Program-made: the position numbers and the translations under genes
DNA from: a virus
Taxonomy: Duplodnaviria; Caudoviricetes
IMG/VR virus record: IMGVR_UViG_3300031787_000117
Location: 1 to 62,292 of that record
DNA length: 62,292 nucleotides
Direction: 5' to 3' (one strand)
The notes under the pieces: model-generated
The model's database searches: none
Seen by the model: the letters and a program-made list of their open reading frames with translations, nothing else
What the model was told of the DNA's origin: nothing
Shown here: one piece after another, positions 17,701 to 27,959 of the stretch
Layout of the letters: the number at the start of each line of letters is the position of its first letter
Position numbering within the stretch: the stretch's first letter is position 1

Positions 17701-20700
17701 GCTCCTGCTGCGCCTGAGCGTATTACTCTTGCTAAGTCATTCTTGAAAACTTTTCGAGACGGCAAAGGGTTTGCCAACATTAATGAGGCTCGGAGAGCTG
17801 CCGGTGATGTGCTCGGACGTAGGATTGAACCCGGCACTCCTGATGCGAAGCTGGTAGACGAGGCTGTAGAACTTGCTGGCGTGGTGTATGGCCGGGAAGT
17901 GGTAGAAAAAGAAGAATATACGGAAGACATTTATAACCGGCTTGTTGACTTTAATAACAAGCAGATGCCGACTCTTGGAGTTAGAGACAGCGTCAGTATT
18001 GCTAATCAAGCATACAGCACACCGTTGCCACTTGCTCACGCGGCAATTCAGTTATCAGGACTCTACGATAACGTTGACAACACAGTTTTAGAACCTACCG
18101 CTGGTCAGGGCGCATTACTTATTTTTACCGATGCAGATAAGGCAACGGTCAATGAAATTAATCCTGACCGAGTAGCGGCACTTAAATCCCAAGGGTTCAA
18201 GGTTAGCCAGCAAGATGCTGGGTCAATGAAATTTCAGCCCAAGTCTGTAGATGTAGTACTGACTAACCCTCCGTATGGAGAAGGCGAACAGACTTATAAC
18301 ATCGATGGATTTGAGACTAAGCAGCGTGATCACGCGATTGCGTTGAACGCGCTCACGGCTATGAAGGATGATGGCCGTGCTGTCCTGTTGATCGGCGGAC
18401 CAAATCGTTTGGATGAAGACTCGCGTCGGACTGCTTATCGCGGCAAGTCTAAGCGGGAGTTCTTTTACAAACTTTACAATGAGTACAACGTTGTAGATCA
18501 CTTCACGGTTGCGGGTGATCTATACGCTAAGCAAGGTACAACCTACCCCGTTGATATGATTGTTATCGACGGACGCAAGGCTAATGCAACTAAACGCAAC
18601 TTGCCTGCTGCGGCGCTGCCCCGGTTGATTACAACCTGGGATGAGCTACGAGGAGTTCTGGATGGCACAAACAATGACATGGGGCCCTTCCGGGGACGAG
18701 AGACGCCTCCTGGGGGCGATACAGGGGCCGAAGGGGCTGCGCCTCAACCCCCAGCAGCACCGCCTACAACTGGAGGTGCGGCTGAAGAAGCTGGCGGAGA
18801 AGGCAGACGACCGGGAACTGAAACAGGTGGAGAGCCTGCTGCACCAAGCGGGCCTGCTGGAGGTGCCGCTGGAGAGGGACGAGGTGCCGCTCCTGCTCCT
18901 GGCGGAGAACCCGGTGGTGAAAGACCTACTGGAGAAGCGGAGGGTGCCGGGGCCGGGACTGCCGAAGGTGCTGGAGAAGAACGACCCGAAGGCGGAAGAG
19001 GTGTACAACCAAGCGAGCCTGCTCCAGTGGATACAACCGCTGCTGCGGGGCCGGCTCGAGCACGACTGACGGAAGAGCAGACACAGCGTCTGCAGGTTCC
19101 GTATAACAACTTCTCTGGTAACAAATCAGTCAATACGCTGGTTGCTACCAACCACCTCACGCCTATTGAAGATGCGTTTGCCAAGTTACGTGAGAAGGTC
19201 GGCGACATTGATCAGTACGTGCAGAACAAACTGCAGTACACGCCGGAACAGTTTGCACAAGCTTTCTCTGCTGAGCAGGTAGAGGCTCTTGCTCTGTCGA
19301 TCTACAACATTGAATCTAATCGCGGATTCATCATTGGAGATCAGACAGGTATTGGTAAGGGCCGTGTTGTGGCCGGCATGATCCGCTATGCCATGTTGAA
19401 CAAAAAGGTTCCTGTGTTTGTTACACAGATGGCAGATTTGTATGGCGACATCATGCGCGACCTGCATGACATCGGAATGACTGATGTCCGTCCGCTGATG
19501 ACGGATAACAACAAGTCTGTGCCATTAGATGCCGAAGCATTGCAATGGTATGGCGAGAAACAAGAGATTGAGGCCGACATCACAGAAGTGCGTGAAGTAG
19601 CGGCTGATATTGCAAGTATTCAATTAGGCGAAAAATTTACAAAACTAGAAGGACAAGAACGAGACACTGCGCTTACTAAATTTATTAATTCGTCAACTGA
19701 TGAAGAAGTAAAAGAACTAAAAGAACAAATTGCTGAATTGCGAGCTTCTATTCCTGAGCGCCGCGGCAAGTTCCTTGATACGCCGGATAACAAACGGCAT
19801 GAGGCTGCGCTCAAGCAGATGATGGATAACAATTCACTGGGCAACTATGACGTGATCTTTACGTCATATTTCCAGATGACTCCTAAGAGTTCTGGTAAAC
19901 CAAAGCGCGATGAAGCTGGGCTTATGCGGTACCCAAAGCCAGAGCTTTACTTCCGGCATGAGTTCTTAAATCAATTCATTAATGAGAACGCCATGTTAAT
20001 CATGGATGAGTCTCATAACATCGGTAAACGATCTGGTGTGAATCAAGCTACGGGTCTTGGAAACATCGCTCGTGAGTACATTGACAAAGCGGGTAGCGTC
20101 TTTTACTCGTCTGCTACGTTTGCCAAGAACGTTGACGTGCTGGATGCGTACAACAAAACCGATATCGGCATGGCGTTCCCAGGGGAGCCCAATCGTCTAA
20201 TCAATGCCCTGTCGTCTATCCCGATGCAGCAAGCTGTGTCTGCGATGCTGGTTAAAGCAACACAGTATCTGCGTCGCGAACGGTCTTTTGCTGGCATCTC
20301 GTACACCAACGAGACGGTTGAAGTAGATCAGCAAGCGGCAGAAGATCTGTCTACTGCGATGCGCGACATCGTAAGATTTGACGAAATCAAAGCCAATTCC
20401 GTTCGTAATTTACAGGCTGACCTAGATACACAGGGCGAAGTGATGGAGGACGGTTCTATAGCCGCGCCTCAAGTCGAAGCCACGAACTTTACTAGCGTCA
20501 TGCATAACGTACTGGGTACGTTCTTACTGTCGCTCAAGTCTAAAGAAGCAGCAGACCTAGCTGTTGCCGCTATCCAGCGTGGGGAGAAACCAGTCATTAC
20601 GGTTTCCAACACCATGGAAATGTTTATTAAGGATTTTGCTGAGGGCAACAATCTCAAGATTGGTAATGTACTTGAGGCATCGTTTGCCGATGTTCTCGAG

Positions 20701-23700
20701 CGTTACCTTGAGAAAGTTCGAACGGTCAAGATCTCGTATCCTGACGGTCGCAAGTTGCCGCATTACCTGACTGATGAAGAGCTTGGCGATGTGGCGCTGT
20801 CGGCATATGAAGTTGCGCTAGATTTCATCCGGTCGATGGGTGAGACGTTAGATATTCCCATCTCGCCAATTGATGCAATCAAAGAACGCATCGAAGCGGC
20901 TGGGTACTCGATTGGTGAGATCACTGGCCGTGGTACCGTTGTTTCTACTAAAGATGGTGTTGCAAGATTAGCTCGCAGGAACAAATCTGAACTAAAAACC
21001 GCGGGTAAAAAGAACACCATTGCTAAGTTTAACGAAGGTCAGATTGATGCGCTGATCATTAACAGGTCCGGATCTACTGGTCTGTCTATGCATGCGTCGG
21101 AGAAGTTTGCTGATCAGCGTCGGCGCGTAATGATCCTGGCGCAAGCTGAACCTGACATCAACAATCACGTTCAGATGTTGGGTCGGATTAATCGTAGTGG
21201 CCAAGTGACCGAAGATGGTCGTTCTCCTGAAGGTAAGCCTGCTACGTTTGGCCTGCCGTACTACATCCAACTGTCGGCTAATGTTCCTATCGAGCTTCGT
21301 CCCGCGGCTGTGCTGGCTAATAAGATGGCAGCACTAAGTGCTAACACGACCGCCGGCAGGAAGACCGCTACTCAGGACGTTAAGACTCCGGACTTTATGA
21401 ACAAGTACGGGGATAAAGTTGCTGCAGAGGTAGTTGGCGGTTCAGACCTTAACGCGACATTGGGATTCCCGATTAAGTTTGACGAGAATCAGAATCCAAA
21501 AGTTGAAGGTGCGATGGCCAAAGTAACTGGCCGGATTGGGTTGTTGCCGCTTAAAGAACAGTCGGCGCTCTACAAACAGTTGATTGAGGAGTACAACAAC
21601 CAACTGGCGCTAATTGAATCGCTGGGGCAGAACGATCTTGAGGCGCAAGTTAAGCAGTTAGATGCCAAATTACTGGAAACGTTTGAGCTTCAAGGTGCAG
21701 ATCCTGGAACGGATAGCCCGTTTACAGCGCCGGTTATGTTGCATACAGTTGATGCCAAAAAGTTAACTAAACCTCTAAAATTTGAGCAGGTTCAAGAGTT
21801 AATAGCAAAAGCACTTAACGGAGCTGAACCAGACGCAAAACGTGAGCAGCAGATACAAGATTTTAAAGAGGCGGTTGATAAAGAAATTCAGGCGCTCAAG
21901 CAATCCCTGCCCAAGGATGCGACTGACGAGCAACGTGAAGTAGAAAAAAGACAAAGGTCCGAAAAAGAAGCCGCAATTAGTATTTTTAAAACTTATTTGC
22001 CTAGCATTTCAAGCGTTGTAAGTCTTAACAGCAAAGATGGTGTTGTGTATGGGGTAGTGATAGACGTAACAAAAAAAGGTCGAACAAAATCTGCTTCATC
22101 ACTTAGTGACTGGGAAGTCAGGTTTGCTTTGGTAAATGGAGCTAGTCAAACTATTCCATTGCGGCTTAGTCAATTAACTAATGTTAATGATCCTGACGCA
22201 ATATCTTTGAGCCCAGCAACAACGATGGGCGTACCCACGGAGGATGGCTCTGGAATTGAAGATATTCCTGTCATTAGGGCATTCGACCGTGGCCAAATTG
22301 GGACTCGTCAAAAGCGGTACATCATTACTGGTAATTTGCTTCGCGGAAAGCAAATTGCAGGGGGTGGCAATTTAGTCAGTTATACGGATGATCAAGGTAA
22401 CCTGCTTCAAGGGTTCCTGATGCCTGTTGGGTTTGATTACAAGAAGTTGGTTGCCCAACAGGCGGCAGCTATTACATCGCCCCAGGCTGCGCTGGAATTG
22501 GCAGATCTGGGTGGTACGGTTGTAGACAAGTTGCGCATGGGCGAGACGTTTGCGCTTAAGCGTAATCCTATTGCTCCGCAGTACTACACGATTGAAGTCA
22601 GTAAGGGTGGTACAGGCGGCAAGATTCATAAACAAACAAAAAACATTACCTTTACCTCTGTTGGCAACAAGATGCGGGCGAAGACAGTGCCGGCGGCTGA
22701 AGCAACAGAATTACTTACTAAAGTTCTTAGTAGTTCTGGGTACGACTTGGAATTGGTTGCAGATGTACGTGACCGTGATACCAAGAACATCATCGATGCT
22801 AGGAACAAACCCAGCAATCCGCCGCTGCAGTCTGTTGTCCCAATCCAGCCGGTTACTAAAGCCGCGCCTGTTCAGACTAAACGTCGCATCAAGTTCCTCA
22901 ACAAGCAGCATACCGATGGCGTAATCGGTGATACCGCGTTTATCGAGGGCGTGAAGACTGCTCTTGATAAAGCCGCACAAGTTGAGAAACCTGCAGCAGG
23001 CGAACGGGTACGCGGTGCTGACTACATCCGCGAACGTCTGCTCCGTGCTCGGCGTCAGGGGCTGCTGTCGGACAAAGGCGTTGAACTTGCGCTGTGGTTT
23101 ATTGGCCAGAATCCGGCGCTAGTTGATCAGCTTGGTATCAGTATCAGCACCAAGGCAGAAGCGGGTGTTGCTGGTGAGTACAACAGTATTGACCAGATCA
23201 TTCGTTTAGTTCCGCAAGTTGAGCAGGCCGACACGGCTGTTCACGAGATCCTGCATCACCTTGAGCGGATGATGCCGTCTGACATTCAGTCCGCAATCGG
23301 TACTGAGTGGCTGATGCAATTGACCGCGGCTGCGCGTCGAGCCACGACAGAAAGCGAACAGCAATACTTTGAGTTGTTGACTCAGTATCACTTTGGTTCA
23401 CCAGAGGTTGCGCCTGATCAGTTGCTGGCAACTGCGAAGGAGATGATCAAGAACGGTGATGTACCGGCGGATTACTACCAGTACATCAACCCGTCTGAGT
23501 TCTGGGCTGTTAACGGTTCAAGAATTGTTCAGAACCGGTTTGCCTACGGTGACTCTCTGATCTCCAGGCTGCAGCAGTGGCTCAAAGAGTTTGTTCAGAA
23601 GATCAAATCGATGTTTGGTTTGCCGTCTGATGCCACTGTGATCCGCGCGCTAGATAGTCTGGCTAAAGGTAACGGTGAATTCCAAACCGATACGATGCTG

Positions 23701-26568
23701 TTTGAGAGCGACATCAAACAGTCTGTGGTGCCCAGTCGTGAGAAGGTCATTAACACGGCACAGGAGTTCCTGCAGAAACGTAAACCGCTCAACCCGGCAG
23801 AGTTTGTTGGGGTGCCAGAAGAGTTCCTGGCTAAAGCTCAGCCGATTTACGCGCCGCAGCGGGCGACGATCATCGACAAGATCGCTGGGATGCGAGACGG
23901 GTTCTGGAGGCGTGTCGCTCAAGGTGTTGCCGATCAGTATCGAACCATCAAGGATTACAGCGAACGCGCATACATCATGGCGCGTATGTCTCGTACGGTA
24001 GACGGAGCACTCGAGGGCCTCCTGTTTAACGGCGAAGTATTTCTGAATGACGGCGCGTTAGACATCAAGCCCAAGAGCCAAGGGATGATGGACATCCTGA
24101 AGCCTATCGGCCCCGAGGTGGATCGATTCTTAATGTGGATCGCGTTGAATCGTGAAGCTCAACTGATGAAAACTGGTCGTCAGTCCAAGATCGAAGAGAT
24201 CGAGGATCTGATCAACGAACGTCAGTTGTTAGCGGAAGGTGATCTTAACGGTACACCGCGGATTGAGTTGTACATGAAAGCCCGTAACGAACTCAACAAA
24301 CTGAACAAATCGGTGTTGAGCGTTGCAATGACCCAGGGTTTGATTACGTCTACCGCTCGTGAGATTGAGAAGACTTGGCAGCGTACCGACCTGACTGATG
24401 ATCAGAAAGCCGCAAAGGTTTTGGATCTCGAGATGAACCCGGTCGGATATGAGCGGTTCTCTAATGACGTGTGGTACATCCCGTTCTATCGTGAGATGGA
24501 AGACGGTATGTTGTCCGCCGCCATGGATTCATCTGGCCTGCCCAATCAGTACTTCTCCTACAACATCAAAGGTGGCACCAGTCCATTTGGTGATTTGATG
24601 GAGAACATCGTACGCAACTGGAGTCATATCCTTTCTGCATCGATGAAGAACCGTGCTGCTGTTGAAACAGTCAATGCTGCGTTTGCTCAGGATGCAGCGG
24701 TACCGAGCCTAAAGGTTCAGTACATGTGGGAAAACGGCAAGGTATATCTGCGGTCTTCTGGAGAAATGGTTGGAGATGGATCGCTGCAAGGTTGGATGAC
24801 TGAGCGTCGCGACGGTGCTCAGAGCACAGTCAAGATCATGGTTGAGGGCATCCCAACCTACGTTCAGATCATTGATCCGATGTTGTTTGAGTCCATCTCG
24901 TCTATCGGGTACATGGGTCCGCAATCCAAGTTCGTTAGCGTGATGAAAGACTTCAAGAACATGCTGCAGTACGGCGTGACCTTGAGTCCTGCGTTTAAAG
25001 TTAGAAACTTGTTCCGCGACTCTATCCAGGCAATCGCGCTGGCCGGTGGAGATATGAAGTGGAACCCGGTAACCAACGTGTACGAAGGTTGGAAGGGGTC
25101 TGACAAGAGCAATCCCCGGTTCTTATCGGCCTTGGCTGGTGGCGCGATCTTTAACTTTGGATCGATCTACGAGGGCGATCAGGCGCGTCTCGTGAAGCGG
25201 TTGATTAAACAGGGCGTCAATCCTGACACCATCTTGACTTCCCCTGGCCAAGTTACAGAGAAGCTTTTGGCCGCGTGGAACAAGTATCAGGAGTGGGGTA
25301 ACAAGTCTGAAGCTGCCAACCGGATTGCTCTGTACAATCAGCTTCGAGAGCAAGGCAAGGATCACCTGACCGCATCGTTCATGGCGCGTGATCTGCTGGA
25401 CTTCTCAATGCAGGGCTCGTGGCCGGCGGTGAGGTTCCTGGCTCAGACTGTCCCGTTCTTCAACGCTCGCGTCCAAGGTCTGTACAAGCTTGGCCGGGAC
25501 GGTATCAGTCCTACCGTACGGGTGTTCTATAACTACATTACGGGCGCTGAAATCGAATTTAAGGATGAAGAACAAGCAAAGATTGATCGTAAGAAAGCCA
25601 CCGCGTTTACCACTGTGACTTCTGCTGTGGTCTTAGCTTCTCTGGCGTTGTACTTTGCCGGCAAGGATGACGAAGAGTTTAAGAAACGGGATGCTTGGGA
25701 TCGGGATAACTTCTGGTGGTTCAAGTTGCCCGGAATGGAGTACGCACTACGTATCCCGAAACCGTTTGAGATTGGCGCGTTTGGAACGATTGCAGAGCGG
25801 GTGGCGGAGCAGATCTTTGACGAAGAGGCTGAGGGTAAGCAGTTCGAGAACACGCTGCGCCGGATGATCTCGGATACGTTCTCGCTGAATCCGATGCCGC
25901 AAATGTTCAAGCCGCTGGTCGATCTGTACTCCAACAAGGATAGCTTTACTGGGGCGCCGATTGAATCCGCGGGTATGGAGCGGCTGTCCAAAGAGGAGCG
26001 GAAGACTGACAACACCAGTCCGCTGGCCATGGCAGTCAGTGGCATCTCTAACCTGTTCCTGCCTACCAAAGCTGAGATGTCGCCTGTCCAGGCGGAGTAT
26101 GCAATCAAAGCTTACTTTGGCTGGCTGGGTGGAACGATTGCCTGGGCATCTAAACACGCCATGTCGCCGTTCAACGAAGGGGCATACCCGTCAGAGAAAT
26201 GGGTGGACATCGCGAGTGTCGGGTTCATCAAGTCACTGCCGGCCACGCAGTCTGAGTACGTCACGTCCTTCTATGAGAACGCCAAAGGTATCAGCGAAGC
26301 GTTTGCTGACATGAGGCATTACGCAGCGATTGGTGACTCTGCCAAGGTCCAGGCGATCTTGGAAGAGAAGGGTGACAAGGTCGCGCTGGCTAAGCTCTAC
26401 GACAACACCTCGAAGCAGATGGCCAAGATTCGTCAGTACATCCGGATATACACGGAAGACACTTCCATGAGCGCAGAGGATAAGCGCGAGAACATTGATC
26501 GGATGAAGTTGCTGCTGATCGATCTGGCCAAGAATGCAGAATCGGTTAGGAAGTCAATGAAGCAGTGA
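14746..26568 (+). CDS. Giant polyvalent virion protein (DarB-like): ART-like, N6-adenine methyltransferase, strawberry-notch SF2 helicase, zincin peptidase, LPD38
   Basis: YRG...GFYTT...GYDAV...EYV; VLEPTAGQG and NPPY; GDQTGIGKGR, IMDESH, SAT, QMLGRINR; HEILH; DFSMQG...PFFNARVQG...RIPKPFEIG. Confidence 0.88.
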   Translation: MPTFQVRGPDGYTYSIEAPEGTPQSVLQQAIAEQGASVREKAKERTVGEAFLRDPGAALTSGLGALVQFPAQLYALGTGDTETGLFQLGERIKKTGQGLKSPGLVAREYERARKIEEAERAGGQLPAFGVAFGETVKDPALISTFLAEQIPQLVVPFGAAKLGTAAGAARAAMAGRSLQEGAEIAARTGTAAAIGAGAIQQGADVGAQSFEEMYKELVQQGIDPDVAKQTALDRARAVGASALVISTLAQRLPGARTIEQTMARMPVAKSVREAAETGAGQRFMSQLESTRLGRGITGLLGESASEMVEEVGGKLASNIAMQTIKPEQSLTAGLGATAAMAAIGGGTLGGVFGLLRGAPAAEAPPEGGNVATPGAPPAGPVAPPSGVAPPSPPSAGAAVQTMVNQLPEDQQRELFRRLQEKVQGTPDQEPQTLGSTEEPAYQLLKAKFAAPAAPPTGAPPVTAPPTVTPPVEETKKVPAEKPTLEQSLQAVQDAQQQRDAATDEIRAIREKSQTLLDAKGRIPPEGSAKRAEWDSLNAQEQKLLQDKFGPADQKFRTETKNFTALFPDVDLRSELQKRQYASAEILSATPSGENTELRLFKNKSGMFGVGVYDQDAKQYLPEMTLWPNEQQARQQYDSQVSKLPPRQPSSGETVTPQPQAPAGVTEPTPPVTAPKVYRGQAVGAEFKGAADGNLGAGFYTTESEQAAKEFASRHKDGTVLRGELLATRVLDLDNLNKETINKLQSAIPRNAEGLAKYGWPADLLSDKNTRDNTTQDLQKIHNDLDRGTFNPRSLSYAIGDVNVDVLRAIYDAAGYDAVSRTGGALKSGTQYKEYVTFAEGAQKFETPTSPKPKVVKQEPKVPTVEVSEKPKVEVGANKIFTEEAAEKARELLRRKLGGGTVRSGIDPEIVQAGIQLAGYHIEKGARTFAAYARAMLADLGDIVKPYLKSWYMGVKFDPRAADLEGLDSSAAVEAADVDAILAETEAPAAPERITLAKSFLKTFRDGKGFANINEARRAAGDVLGRRIEPGTPDAKLVDEAVELAGVVYGREVVEKEEYTEDIYNRLVDFNNKQMPTLGVRDSVSIANQAYSTPLPLAHAAIQLSGLYDNVDNTVLEPTAGQGALLIFTDADKATVNEINPDRVAALKSQGFKVSQQDAGSMKFQPKSVDVVLTNPPYGEGEQTYNIDGFETKQRDHAIALNALTAMKDDGRAVLLIGGPNRLDEDSRRTAYRGKSKREFFYKLYNEYNVVDHFTVAGDLYAKQGTTYPVDMIVIDGRKANATKRNLPAAALPRLITTWDELRGVLDGTNNDMGPFRGRETPPGGDTGAEGAAPQPPAAPPTTGGAAEEAGGEGRRPGTETGGEPAAPSGPAGGAAGEGRGAAPAPGGEPGGERPTGEAEGAGAGTAEGAGEERPEGGRGVQPSEPAPVDTTAAAGPARARLTEEQTQRLQVPYNNFSGNKSVNTLVATNHLTPIEDAFAKLREKVGDIDQYVQNKLQYTPEQFAQAFSAEQVEALALSIYNIESNRGFIIGDQTGIGKGRVVAGMIRYAMLNKKVPVFVTQMADLYGDIMRDLHDIGMTDVRPLMTDNNKSVPLDAEALQWYGEKQEIEADITEVREVAADIASIQLGEKFTKLEGQERDTALTKFINSSTDEEVKELKEQIAELRASIPERRGKFLDTPDNKRHEAALKQMMDNNSLGNYDVIFTSYFQMTPKSSGKPKRDEAGLMRYPKPELYFRHEFLNQFINENAMLIMDESHNIGKRSGVNQATGLGNIAREYIDKAGSVFYSSATFAKNVDVLDAYNKTDIGMAFPGEPNRLINALSSIPMQQAVSAMLVKATQYLRRERSFAGISYTNETVEVDQQAAEDLSTAMRDIVRFDEIKANSVRNLQADLDTQGEVMEDGSIAAPQVEATNFTSVMHNVLGTFLLSLKSKEAADLAVAAIQRGEKPVITVSNTMEMFIKDFAEGNNLKIGNVLEASFADVLERYLEKVRTVKISYPDGRKLPHYLTDEELGDVALSAYEVALDFIRSMGETLDIPISPIDAIKERIEAAGYSIGEITGRGTVVSTKDGVARLARRNKSELKTAGKKNTIAKFNEGQIDALIINRSGSTGLSMHASEKFADQRRRVMILAQAEPDINNHVQMLGRINRSGQVTEDGRSPEGKPATFGLPYYIQLSANVPIELRPAAVLANKMAALSANTTAGRKTATQDVKTPDFMNKYGDKVAAEVVGGSDLNATLGFPIKFDENQNPKVEGAMAKVTGRIGLLPLKEQSALYKQLIEEYNNQLALIESLGQNDLEAQVKQLDAKLLETFELQGADPGTDSPFTAPVMLHTVDAKKLTKPLKFEQVQELIAKALNGAEPDAKREQQIQDFKEAVDKEIQALKQSLPKDATDEQREVEKRQRSEKEAAISIFKTYLPSISSVVSLNSKDGVVYGVVIDVTKKGRTKSASSLSDWEVRFALVNGASQTIPLRLSQLTNVNDPDAISLSPATTMGVPTEDGSGIEDIPVIRAFDRGQIGTRQKRYIITGNLLRGKQIAGGGNLVSYTDDQGNLLQGFLMPVGFDYKKLVAQQAAAITSPQAALELADLGGTVVDKLRMGETFALKRNPIAPQYYTIEVSKGGTGGKIHKQTKNITFTSVGNKMRAKTVPAAEATELLTKVLSSSGYDLELVADVRDRDTKNIIDARNKPSNPPLQSVVPIQPVTKAAPVQTKRRIKFLNKQHTDGVIGDTAFIEGVKTALDKAAQVEKPAAGERVRGADYIRERLLRARRQGLLSDKGVELALWFIGQNPALVDQLGISISTKAEAGVAGEYNSIDQIIRLVPQVEQADTAVHEILHHLERMMPSDIQSAIGTEWLMQLTAAARRATTESEQQYFELLTQYHFGSPEVAPDQLLATAKEMIKNGDVPADYYQYINPSEFWAVNGSRIVQNRFAYGDSLISRLQQWLKEFVQKIKSMFGLPSDATVIRALDSLAKGNGEFQTDTMLFESDIKQSVVPSREKVINTAQEFLQKRKPLNPAEFVGVPEEFLAKAQPIYAPQRATIIDKIAGMRDGFWRRVAQGVADQYRTIKDYSERAYIMARMSRTVDGALEGLLFNGEVFLNDGALDIKPKSQGMMDILKPIGPEVDRFLMWIALNREAQLMKTGRQSKIEEIEDLINERQLLAEGDLNGTPRIELYMKARNELNKLNKSVLSVAMTQGLITSTAREIEKTWQRTDLTDDQKAAKVLDLEMNPVGYERFSNDVWYIPFYREMEDGMLSAAMDSSGLPNQYFSYNIKGGTSPFGDLMENIVRNWSHILSASMKNRAAVETVNAAFAQDAAVPSLKVQYMWENGKVYLRSSGEMVGDGSLQGWMTERRDGAQSTVKIMVEGIPTYVQIIDPMLFESISSIGYMGPQSKFVSVMKDFKNMLQYGVTLSPAFKVRNLFRDSIQAIALAGGDMKWNPVTNVYEGWKGSDKSNPRFLSALAGGAIFNFGSIYEGDQARLVKRLIKQGVNPDTILTSPGQVTEKLLAAWNKYQEWGNKSEAANRIALYNQLREQGKDHLTASFMARDLLDFSMQGSWPAVRFLAQTVPFFNARVQGLYKLGRDGISPTVRVFYNYITGAEIEFKDEEQAKIDRKKATAFTTVTSAVVLASLALYFAGKDDEEFKKRDAWDRDNFWWFKLPGMEYALRIPKPFEIGAFGTIAERVAEQIFDEEAEGKQFENTLRRMISDTFSLNPMPQMFKPLVDLYSNKDSFTGAPIESAGMERLSKEERKTDNTSPLAMAVSGISNLFLPTKAEMSPVQAEYAIKAYFGWLGGTIAWASKHAMSPFNEGAYPSEKWVDIASVGFIKSLPATQSEYVTSFYENAKGISEAFADMRHYAAIGDSAKVQAILEEKGDKVALAKLYDNTSKQMAKIRQYIRIYTEDTSMSAEDKRENIDRMKLLLIDLAKNAESVRKSMKQ
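15843..15862. promoter_or_regulatory. Palindrome copy 2 (20 bp GGGTGGCAACGTTGCCACCC)
   Basis: Perfect palindrome in Pro-rich linker of giant gene (GGNVATP). Confidence 0.8.
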
Positions 26569-26815
26569 GGCGGGCTATCGTGATGTTGAGAGCGTCTAAC
26601 TCATCCATCTTTTTGATAGCCCACATTCTCCGCTGACCGTGCCAGCCCATCACCGCACCCTGGTGGCAATCTTTACAGAGAGCCACCACGGTGTATTGCC
26701 GGTGTTGTTTAATGTGATGGGCATCACTCGGGCCAGGAGCATCGCAGACGGAGCAAGGTAGTTCCTTTACTCGTCTGACGTGCTCCCGCTCTTTATCAGT
26801 AAGTGTATTGTTCAC
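26546..26815 (-). CDS. Small Zn-binding HNH-like protein (Ref/DUF968-like)
   Basis: LPCSVC...DAHHIK...VALCKDCHQG. Confidence 0.7.
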   Translation of the reverse strand: MNNTLTDKEREHVRRVKELPCSVCDAPGPSDAHHIKQHRQYTVVALCKDCHQGAVMGWHGQRRMWAIKKMDELDALNITIARLTASLTS

Positions 26816-27089
26816 TGGTTATCTCTTTCAGTTTCTGCTGGTAGTGCCTGAGCTTACCGGCGTCATCTGAATCTTTCCTGCCTTGGCGCATCGCGTACTT
26901 GATGATGTTGCCTTTTAGGAACCCCCGGAACTCTTCTGGGGTCAGCAAAGACTCCATCACTTCCCAAGGTTGAACCGTCATATCTTTGTAGTGTGTGCCG
27001 CCGACTTGAATGTCGTCTGCTTTCTGGTCTTCTTCCATGATTTCCATGATCTTCATTTTGTCTCGAATGACATCACCCAGGGTTACCAT
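26796..27089 (-). CDS. DUF3310 (SaV-like) protein
   Basis: QVGGTHYK...QPWE...GFLKGNIIKYAMRQGRKD. Confidence 0.85.
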   Translation of the reverse strand: MVTLGDVIRDKMKIMEIMEEDQKADDIQVGGTHYKDMTVQPWEVMESLLTPEEFRGFLKGNIIKYAMRQGRKDSDDAGKLRHYQQKLKEITSEQYTY

Positions 27090-27104
27090 TTAGCTTCTCC
27101 TAGT

Positions 27105-27578
27105 TCAATCATCATAGCCTCGTGCGTGAGGGTAGCTGGTTTGGAACGGGTTCGACGGCCAGACTGGTTTGATTGGGTCTGACTTTCGGATAACGACTTC
27201 AGGCCGATCAGGCTCAACGAGTCGGACTTCAACACGTTTGTCGGGAACGGCCACGGGCAGGGATGTTGATTGGACTTCCCAGATCGTCGTGCTGCGGATT
27301 CTTTTTTTGGTGAGCAAGCCTGCTGCATGTAGTTCCCTCAAGTATGTAGCGGATGTTGACTGAGCTAAAGAAAACCGGACGCTGATGTCATGGGCGGTCA
27401 CGGGTTTCTTGAGCTTTCTAATGTGCTCAAAAATTTTCAAAGCTTTGTCAGACAGCGGGTTCTTTTTCTGCATTCCCTCCAGCATTTCTTCTATCTGGTT
27501 CATCTCCGGTTCGATTGTTTCGCCCTGACGATATGCAAGGGTTAACTCTGACAACAGTTCAAAAAGCTTGGGATCCAT
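27105..27578 (-). CDS. Winged-HTH DNA-binding protein
   Basis: KIFEHIRK..PVTAHDISVRFSLAQSTSATYLRELHAAGLL. Confidence 0.65.
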   Translation of the reverse strand: MDPKLFELLSELTLAYRQGETIEPEMNQIEEMLEGMQKKNPLSDKALKIFEHIRKLKKPVTAHDISVRFSLAQSTSATYLRELHAAGLLTKKRIRSTTIWEVQSTSLPVAVPDKRVEVRLVEPDRPEVVIRKSDPIKPVWPSNPFQTSYPHARGYDD

Positions 27579-27592
27579 TTGTTTCCTATTAC

Positions 27593-27802
27593 TTAGAGTG
27601 ACTCTTTGCGTTCGTGATACCCGGATTTAAATCCTAAATTCCATGCTTTCTCCCACGCCATACACCAGACCTCATAAGATCCGTCGAGTGGGAAGTTAAA
27701 GTCTTTCTTGTCTTTCATATACGCTTTGACTGATTTCCTCCTGATAAACGAAGCCCACGCTTTGTCGCGCTCCAGGTTTGTGATTGCTATGTCATCTAGC
27801 AT
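27593..27802 (-). CDS. Hypothetical protein
   Basis: 69 aa in tightly packed minus-strand operon. Confidence 0.6.
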   Translation of the reverse strand: MLDDIAITNLERDKAWASFIRRKSVKAYMKDKKDFNFPLDGSYEVWCMAWEKAWNLGFKSGYHERKESL

Positions 27803-27959
27803 TTAGCCTCTCCTCTAGTTGTTTCTGCTCTATATCAAACGCCTTCTTCCACTCTTGATACCGAACTTGGCAGTCTTCGCAGTTGCACTCCCAAACGAAC
27901 CCGTCAGGATCAGCGATACCGCCTTCCATCTTTATTGGGGCCAACCCAAAGCCTGTCAT
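27792..27959 (-). CDS. Small hypothetical protein with CxCxxC
   Basis: MTGFGLAP...WECNCEDC; ATGA overlap at 27959. Confidence 0.55.
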   Translation of the reverse strand: MTGFGLAPIKMEGGIADPDGFVWECNCEDCQVRYQEWKKAFDIEQKQLEERLNAR

